Shown: positions 26,002 to 32,000 of the stretch, in pieces | Position numbering within the stretch: position 1 is the first letter of the stretch | Layout of the letters: every line of letters begins with the position of its first letter | Source of the DNA: Aliivibrio fischeri ES114 | GTDB lineage: Bacteria; Pseudomonadota; Gammaproteobacteria; Enterobacterales; Vibrionaceae | Strand: one strand, 5' to 3' | DNA: 32,000 nt | Assembly: GCF_000011805.1 (NCBI RefSeq) | Contig: NC_006840.2 | Position numbers and translations under genes: made by a program | Notes under the pieces: model-generated | Told to the model about the DNA's origin: nothing | What the model saw: the letters and a program-made list of their open reading frames with translations, nothing else | The model's database searches: none

Positions 26002-27981
26002 ATGAGAAAAACGCCTAGTTTACGTTTAAGTAACCGCTTAATTTCGTTTGTTACTTTGATGGTTTCTGCCGCAATATTTATATTATTTATTGGTGGTACT
26101 ATCTCAGTTAAGCAAATTGGTACAGAGTATCTCGATCATTATTTAACAGGGGTTGTTACCGTTGTTGATGAAGAGTTAGTCAATCCTGAGAAAGCGAAAT
26201 CCATGGAAACGTGGCTACCAAAACTGCTGAAAGCCAGTAATGTGGTTAGCATGGACCTGTCTTCTTCTACTGGGCCTATATACTCTTTTCAAAGCTTAGC
26301 TATTATTCCTGATGATAGTTTGTTGTACCATAAAACACTTCCACTACAAATTAATAAAGGATATGAAATTTCCTTTAAGTCAGTACCTCCTTACAGTGCT
26401 TTTACTTATTCGTTGGGAGCTCTATTTTCTATTACTGCTGCCATTGCTGTTATCGTTGTTTCACTCTTATGGGGTGTTGTTTGGCTGAGAAAACAATTAC
26501 ATGGTTCTGAGTTATTAGAAGAAAGAGGTCGGATGCTATTGGCTGGGAAACTTGACGATTACTCTACCGGTAGCGAAGAAGAATGGCCAGCCACAGCAAG
26601 TTTAGCATTAGATAATATTATTGCGGAATTAAAAGATGCAAGAAAAGAACGCAGCCGTTTTGATACCTTTATTCGAACTCATACTTTTTTAGATCAATTA
26701 ACGGGCTCAGCGAATAGAGTGCTATTTGATAGTAAATTAGAGTCTATTTTGCAGGAATCTCAAAGCCAAGGGGTTTTATTATTACTACGCATTAATGGCT
26801 GGGAAGAATTAGTTGAAGAGCAAGGAAGTGCTGTTGGGGATGAATTAATTGTTGAGGTAGGAAAGCAATTAAATAATATCATGCAACGTTACAGTGATAG
26901 TGTTCTTTCTCGTTATTATCAATCAGACTTTGCTTTATTGGTTCCCCAACAATCATTGAAAGAGGCGAAATCACTAGCTGCTCAATGTCTAAAGTTAATA
27001 GAAAAAATTAATCCACCTCGTAGCTTGGACCGTGATAACTGGTGTCATATTGGGGTGAGTATGTTTGTAAGCGGCGAACGACGTGGTCGTTTGATGGAAG
27101 AGCTTGATATGGCTCATCGTAGCGCCTTACTTCAAAACAACAACACTTGGTCGTTATTTAAAAAGCAGCAGCAATTAGCAGAGAGTTTAGGAAGTGTTCG
27201 ATGGAGAACCTTATTTGATGCTATTTTTCAGCAAGATAAATTAATTATTTATAAGCAGCCAACTTTTTTATTTGATGGTAATGAACTTGTACCTCTCCAT
27301 TTAGAGTTATTTTCACGTATAAAAGATGAAAATGGTGTTCAAATTAAGGCTTCACGTTTCTTACCTGCAATTAAACAAGTAGGGTATCAAGTCAAACTTG
27401 ATAGTGCGGTCTTAAAACAAGTGTTCCCTTTATTAAGTGACCCTGAATTAAATCACAATTCGTTTTCAGTTCATTTACAGGTTAAGAGCATTACTAATGC
27501 GGCATTTATCCGTCAATTAAGAAATCGTTTATTGCAAACGCCAAGAGCACAGCTTCAACGACTAAGTTTTGAGTTAATTGAAGGTCAGGTTGTTACCTAT
27601 TTAGATGCTGTAAGACCCGTCGCAAAAATGTTAAAAAGTTTTGGTTGTCAATTGGTCGTAGAGCAAGCGGGAAGAACTATTGTAAGTACTCATTATATTA
27701 AAGATTTGAATGTTGATTTTGTAAAACTCCATCGTAGTTTAATGAAGGACATTCATCAGAGATATGAGAATCAATTATTCGTTCGTAGTCTGTTGGGTGC
27801 ATGTGAAACCACGGGAGCTCAAGTGATTGCTGTTGGTATAGAAAAAGAAAAGGAATTTAGATTATTAAAAGATCTTGGCGTTGAAGGTGGACAAGGGCGA
27901 TTTTTTGAATCAGAAACGGCTCTGCATCATCGCCAAGAAAAGGTATCTATACCTAAGCGAAGAAGCCGTTGGGGTAAATAA
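26002..27981 (+). CDS. csrD: CsrD/MshH: RNase E specificity factor for CsrB/C-type sRNAs (degenerate GGDEF-EAL protein)
   Basis: 659 aa. Two N-terminal TM segments. The GGDEF position reads YQSDF (E. coli CsrD has HRSDF) and the EAL position reads ELF (E. coli has ELM). It lies immediately upstream of mshI, as mshH does in Vibrio. Confidence 0.85.
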   Translation: MRKTPSLRLSNRLISFVTLMVSAAIFILFIGGTISVKQIGTEYLDHYLTGVVTVVDEELVNPEKAKSMETWLPKLLKASNVVSMDLSSSTGPIYSFQSLAIIPDDSLLYHKTLPLQINKGYEISFKSVPPYSAFTYSLGALFSITAAIAVIVVSLLWGVVWLRKQLHGSELLEERGRMLLAGKLDDYSTGSEEEWPATASLALDNIIAELKDARKERSRFDTFIRTHTFLDQLTGSANRVLFDSKLESILQESQSQGVLLLLRINGWEELVEEQGSAVGDELIVEVGKQLNNIMQRYSDSVLSRYYQSDFALLVPQQSLKEAKSLAAQCLKLIEKINPPRSLDRDNWCHIGVSMFVSGERRGRLMEELDMAHRSALLQNNNTWSLFKKQQQLAESLGSVRWRTLFDAIFQQDKLIIYKQPTFLFDGNELVPLHLELFSRIKDENGVQIKASRFLPAIKQVGYQVKLDSAVLKQVFPLLSDPELNHNSFSVHLQVKSITNAAFIRQLRNRLLQTPRAQLQRLSFELIEGQVVTYLDAVRPVAKMLKSFGCQLVVEQAGRTIVSTHYIKDLNVDFVKLHRSLMKDIHQRYENQLFVRSLLGACETTGAQVIAVGIEKEKEFRLLKDLGVEGGQGRFFESETALHHRQEKVSIPKRRSRWGK

Positions 27982-28100
27982 AATTCTCTTATTTTGTTAA
28001 TAACGGTCGTATCCTAAAAGAATAGAATGTTGTATGATTGCGCGTCACTTGTGTTCTTTATGAGAACGTTGTAAGTAAAGTAAGAAAAGTCGAGCAATCA

Positions 28101-29564
28101 ATGAAAATTATGGATGCACTGAAAAAGCTGAAACTATCTCGTTCAGTAAAAACCACCACGTCAATTGTGATCTTACAAGGTGGTGTTTATATTGCGAAAA
28201 GTGATGGATTTGATGAGCTTCAAGAGCATTATTTTACGCCAATAAATCAACCTCAATCATGGAAAGATGTGATTGTTGAAGCGTGCGAGAAAGCTGGAGT
28301 AACCAATTCTAGTGCCAGTGTTATTTTAGGTTCTCACCTGTATCAATCCTTTCAAATAGATAATCCTAATTTACCAAAAGAAGAGTTGACTGGAGCGTTA
28401 CCTTTCTTAGTGAAAGATCTTATTACCGATCGTATTGCTGATATTGTTGCTGATGGTATCGAAACGATAAATGGCAAGCTTCAGGTTTATATATCTCAAG
28501 TTACTACGCTTCATACATTGATTGACTCATTAAGTCCTCTTTCGATTCAAATAAATAATGTGACGCCAGATGAACTACTTTGGGCTTACTCTCAGCCTGA
28601 AGACGGTAGCTTTATGTTATTAAATCATAGCCAGTCTGCTGATTTTAAATTATTGGCGTTTAATAATGGTCACTTACATTTAAACCGCTCTTTACGTGGT
28701 ATTACTGCACCATTAACTGGGGATCAAGCTAATAGTTTTCAAATGGACAGCTTGGCATTAGAGTTACAGCGCTCACTTGACTACTTAAGCTCTCAATTAC
28801 ATGGCGTAAGCATTAATAATTTGTTTTTCCGTTGTGATGATGAAGACGATGCCCTTCTTGCTCTTGAGTTGCAAAATCGATTAGGCGTAAAGGTTGCTTC
28901 ATTACTTGTTGATGAACCAAGAGCTTTTCGTTCTGGAGAAGTCCTGGCGTGGTTAGCTTTATTTAATACGCCAAGTATCAACTTGTTTCATGAAACGTTA
29001 AAACTTAAAACAGATTATTTTACATTACAAAATGTGATGATCAGTTGGGGGGTAGGGTTAGCGTTAAGTATTGCTGTTGTTGGGTATTACCAATGGCAAA
29101 TTTACAATTTAGAGACAACGATAAACGCAAATTCATTAAAAGAAAGTAATTATAAACAAGAATTAGCTACGTTAAATAAGAAATTAGAGAGTCACAAACC
29201 TTCGGCAGCTAAGTTAGCTGCGATTAAGCGATTAAATGATGATATTCAATCGAAAAAAGCTTCATTAAAGGTGATTGATAATTTTGACGAGGGAATGCAA
29301 GTAGGTTACTCGGGAGTGATGAGTAGCTTGACTCAATTAGGTAAAGGAAACATCTCACTTAATAAAATCTATATCTCTGGCGATAAGGTTAACTTTGCTG
29401 GTTATGCTCGTACGCCTGATGTTATTCCTCGCTGGGTTCAGAGCTTTGATAGTGAATTGCATTTAGTTGGACGTACTTTTGATCAACTTGAAATAAAAAC
29501 AGACGATAAAGGTCTGGTGTCATTTATTTTAAATACTAAGGCATCAGAGGGTAATCATGAGTAA
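28101..29564 (+). CDS. mshI: MSHA pilus biogenesis protein MshI (PilM/PilN-like fusion)
   Basis: Positioned between csrD and mshJ. It has a central TM (VMISWGVGLALSIAVVGYY) followed by a coiled coil. The start was chosen at ATG 28101 (MKIMDALKK); the track start at 28038 or the ATG at 28110 are alternatives. Confidence 0.75.
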   Translation: MKIMDALKKLKLSRSVKTTTSIVILQGGVYIAKSDGFDELQEHYFTPINQPQSWKDVIVEACEKAGVTNSSASVILGSHLYQSFQIDNPNLPKEELTGALPFLVKDLITDRIADIVADGIETINGKLQVYISQVTTLHTLIDSLSPLSIQINNVTPDELLWAYSQPEDGSFMLLNHSQSADFKLLAFNNGHLHLNRSLRGITAPLTGDQANSFQMDSLALELQRSLDYLSSQLHGVSINNLFFRCDDEDDALLALELQNRLGVKVASLLVDEPRAFRSGEVLAWLALFNTPSINLFHETLKLKTDYFTLQNVMISWGVGLALSIAVVGYYQWQIYNLETTINANSLKESNYKQELATLNKKLESHKPSAAKLAAIKRLNDDIQSKKASLKVIDNFDEGMQVGYSGVMSSLTQLGKGNISLNKIYISGDKVNFAGYARTPDVIPRWVQSFDSELHLVGRTFDQLEIKTDDKGLVSFILNTKASEGNHE

Positions 29565-30195
29565 TTGGAATCAAGTAAAAGAGAAATTTGGTGCTTTGTC
29601 GCAAAGAGAAAAAGTACTCATTACATTGGTTGGCTGGGTTGCGGTAATCTTCATTTCATTAAGTTTGTTTATTGAACCTAAAATTGAGCAATATCATCAA
29701 TCCCAACAAAAAGTGGTGCGTATTACTAATTCGATTTCATCTCTAAAACAGCAGATAGAATTAGCTGAATTTCGTTTAAAGAAAGACCCTAATGTTGAAA
29801 TTACTAAACAATATCAGCAATTAATGATCGAGAGTCAGGATTTAGCTGATCTGCTTTTTAGTCGTGTCGCATCATTGGTTTCCCCAAGCCAAATGGCTTC
29901 TTTATTAGAAAAAGTATTAAAGAAATCGTCAAAGTTAAAGTTACAGTCTATGACCACATTGCCATCTGAACGTTTACTTGATGAAAATAATAATGCTGGT
30001 TATTACATTCACCCAGTGAAGATTGTGTTGTCTGGCGAATATTTTGATATTGAAGAGTACCTCTCTCACTTAGAGACACTTCCTGTAAAATATTACTGGC
30101 GAAACTTTCATTATGAAGTGAAAAAATACCCTATTGCAGAAGTCACAATCGAAGTTTACACCCTTGGTTCAAGTCGTGGGTTTATTGGTGGTTAA
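29557..30195 (+). CDS. mshJ: MSHA pilus biogenesis protein MshJ (PilO-like)
   Basis: 212 aa with a single N-terminal TM (VLITLVGWVAVIFISLSLFI) and a coiled coil. Its start overlaps mshI by 8 nt (ATGAGTAA). Assignment is also by synteny. Confidence 0.75.
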   Translation: MSNWNQVKEKFGALSQREKVLITLVGWVAVIFISLSLFIEPKIEQYHQSQQKVVRITNSISSLKQQIELAEFRLKKDPNVEITKQYQQLMIESQDLADLLFSRVASLVSPSQMASLLEKVLKKSSKLKLQSMTTLPSERLLDENNNAGYYIHPVKIVLSGEYFDIEEYLSHLETLPVKYYWRNFHYEVKKYPIAEVTIEVYTLGSSRGFIGG

Positions 30196-30196
30196 T

Positions 30197-30538
30197 ATGA
30201 AAAATCGCTTTTTAGTTTTTATTCTTATGTCTTTACCACTTTCAGTATCTGCATCTGAAGCGGTATTGGGGCATGATCCAACAGAACCATTAAGTTGGAG
30301 TACTCCTGCTCCAGCTCAAAAAAAGGTAATAAAAAAACGTCAATATTTCCCTTCTTTGCAGGCAATAAATTGCAATGCGAAGTCTGATTGTTATGCCGTG
30401 TTAGATGATAAATCAATGAAAAGAGGCGATAAAGTCTCAGGTTATACATTATTAACAATTGGTGAAGAAAGCGTTTCGATTGGTCGTGCGGGTAAGCAAT
30501 GGCAACTTTCTCTATTTCCACAAAATATTAAAAATTAA
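30197..30538 (+). CDS. mshK: MSHA pilus biogenesis protein MshK (small periplasmic protein)
   Basis: 113 aa starting at ATG 30197, one nt after the mshJ stop. Signal peptide MKNRFLVFILMSLPLSVSA/SEA. The track ORF start at 30134 overlaps mshJ and is probably an extension. Assignment is by synteny. Confidence 0.65.
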   Translation: MKNRFLVFILMSLPLSVSASEAVLGHDPTEPLSWSTPAPAQKKVIKKRQYFPSLQAINCNAKSDCYAVLDDKSMKRGDKVSGYTLLTIGEESVSIGRAGKQWQLSLFPQNIKN

Positions 30539-30549
30539 GGTTTGCAGTA

Positions 30550-32000
30550 ATGAAAGTACGTAATGTCATCATTGGTTTCATGGTTGCCTCTTTAACAGGT
30601 TGCTCAATGGGTCATCGTGACCCTGTTGAAATTAAACAGACCTTAGATAAATCCATTAATGAAAATGGGGGGCTGCTACTTGCTGATTTACCCGCTTCAG
30701 TACAAGCTGATTTAATGCCTGAGCTAAACACGCCTCATGTTGAAGTTGAAGAGCCTGTGAAACGTTTCAGAGTCAGAGCAAATGGGGTAGGTGCAAAAGC
30801 ATTTTTTACGAGTTTAGTGAAAGGAACGGAATACAGTGTCGTTATTCATCCTCAGGTTTCTGGTCGTATTACGATGAACTTGAGTGATGTGACCATGGAT
30901 GATGTTCTGTCATCGGTTGAAGACTTATATGGGTACGATATCGTTAAAGCAGGAAAAGTATTACAAGTTTATCCAGCGACGATTCGTACAGAGACTATTC
31001 CTGTTGATTATTTACAGCTTACTCGTAAAGGACGTTCATTAACGACGATTACGACAGGGTCGATTACCAACTCGGACAATAATTCATCAAATAACAATAA
31101 CTCAAGTTCTAAATCAAACAATAATTCATCGTCGTCGTCATCTTCTGCTACCGGTGGAACAGAGATTGAAACAACGAGTGAGAGCGATTTTTGGAAAGAG
31201 TTAGAAACGGCTATTTCTGTGATGATAGGAAATGGAGCGGATCGAAGCGTTGTTGTATCTCCTCAAGCGAGTGTTGTTACTATTACTGCCTCTCCTGATG
31301 AATTACGTAAAGTTAAACAATTTTTAGGAACCTCTCATAAGCGATTACAACGTCAAGTGATCCTAGAGGCTAAATTACTTGAAGTCACATTAAGTGATGG
31401 TTATCAGCAAGGTATTAATTGGTCGAACCTAACAGCATCATTAGGTGGTACAGATGTTGTCTTTGGGCAGACTTCTGGCCTTGTTCAAGGTGCATTACCT
31501 GGAATGGATACCATTGGAACATTGTTAGGTGGGCAAACAAACATTACGGTTTCAGATGGTAACTTCCAAGCTGTATTAAGTTTTATGGATACACAAGGTG
31601 ACTTAAATGTACTTTCAAGCCCGAGAGTGACTGCTGCAAATAACCAAAAAGCGGTGATTAAAGTCGGTCGTGACGAGTACTACGTAACTGAAGTATCAAG
31701 TGTTACTGGTAGTGGTGACAACTCTAATGCTTCTCCAGAAGTAACATTAACGCCTTTCTTCTCAGGTATTTCTTTAGATGTGACACCTCAAATCGATGAT
31801 AAGGGTAATGTTATGTTACATGTTCACCCATCAGTTATTGATGTGGAGAACGAGGTAAAAGAGATTGATTTAGGTGATGTTGGTGGCGTACTGAAATTAC
31901 CATTAGCAAAGAGCTCAATTCGTGAATCAGATTCTGTGATCCGAGCGAAAAGTGGTGATGTGGTCGTTATTGGTGGTTTGATGAAATCACAAACGGTTGA
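30550..32000 (+). CDS. mshL: MSHA secretin MshL, 3'-truncated by the window edge
   Basis: My own translation from ATG 30550 gives MKVRNVIIGFMVASLTGCSMG (lipobox LTGC). It continues to the secretin signature NVLSSPRVTAANNQKAVIKVG...SGISLDVTPQI. The frame stays open to base 32000. Confidence 0.9.
   Translation, partial: MKVRNVIIGFMVASLTGCSMGHRDPVEIKQTLDKSINENGGLLLADLPASVQADLMPELNTPHVEVEEPVKRFRVRANGVGAKAFFTSLVKGTEYSVVIHPQVSGRITMNLSDVTMDDVLSSVEDLYGYDIVKAGKVLQVYPATIRTETIPVDYLQLTRKGRSLTTITTGSITNSDNNSSNNNNSSSKSNNNSSSSSSSATGGTEIETTSESDFWKELETAISVMIGNGADRSVVVSPQASVVTITASPDELRKVKQFLGTSHKRLQRQVILEAKLLEVTLSDGYQQGINWSNLTASLGGTDVVFGQTSGLVQGALPGMDTIGTLLGGQTNITVSDGNFQAVLSFMDTQGDLNVLSSPRVTAANNQKAVIKVGRDEYYVTEVSSVTGSGDNSNASPEVTLTPFFSGISLDVTPQIDDKGNVMLHVHPSVIDVENEVKEIDLGDVGGVLKLPLAKSSIRESDSVIRAKSGDVVVIGGLMKSQTV

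Noticed and set aside
18-30521. About 25 short ORFs (60-113 aa) in the six-frame track that lie inside or antisense to the large genes. Examples: 18-203, 1519-1818, 1763-1957, 2727-2909, 3246-3473, 3948-4190, 4681-4887, 5470-5811, 8503-8742, 9204-9428, 9838-10050, 15392-15679, 15743-15928, 15882-16085, 16853-17071, 17297-17488, 18908-19231, 22038-22220, 23865-24071, 28793-28981, 30225-30521.
   Set aside because: Each is fully overlapped by a much longer ORF with clear family motifs. They have low-complexity or odd composition, no SD sequences that I could see, and are typical shadow ORFs in AT-rich DNA.
1-32000. I searched for CRISPR arrays, tRNA/rRNA, IS elements or inverted terminal repeats, integron attC sites, toxin-antitoxin pairs, and defence-system hallmarks (nucleases, STAND/AAA ATPases, methyltransferases, reverse transcriptases).
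   Set aside because: I found nothing resembling them on either strand. All long ORFs are accounted for by housekeeping, polysaccharide or MSHA functions, and the intergenic regions are short and explained by terminators, promoters or the riboswitch.

Overview
Chromosomal segment of a low-GC Vibrionaceae genome, Aliivibrio/Vibrio-like. From memory, the gene order matches V. cholerae N16961 VC0390-VC0402: metH (5'-truncated), lysC with a lysine riboswitch, a class V aminotransferase, a PglL-family O-antigen-ligase-like protein, uvrA, galU, then ssb, csrD (mshH) and mshI-J-K-L (mshL runs off the 3' edge). Two things interrupt this backbone. The first is a tightly packed 10-gene minus-strand Wzx/Wzy-type polysaccharide operon (12377-24175) between galU and ssb, the slot where V. 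cholerae carries qstR. It encodes a priming phosphoglycosyl transferase, an OM beta-barrel, a short OPX, a Wzc-like co-polymerase, a flippase, a polymerase, one GT2, two GT4 and a small membrane protein. The second is an orphan 229-aa membrane protein between ssb and csrD. I found no rRNA, tRNA, CRISPR, transposase, integrase, or recognisable defence or toxin system. The operon is the only candidate for something undescribed. Its Wzc-like protein has a degenerate (pseudo)kinase domain and no partner phosphatase. Its short OPX is paired with a dedicated beta-barrel. A G9 homopolymer inside the polymerase gene and a G7 in the priming transferase could act as slipped-strand on/off switches. All protein-family calls come from motifs read by eye, not from database searches.
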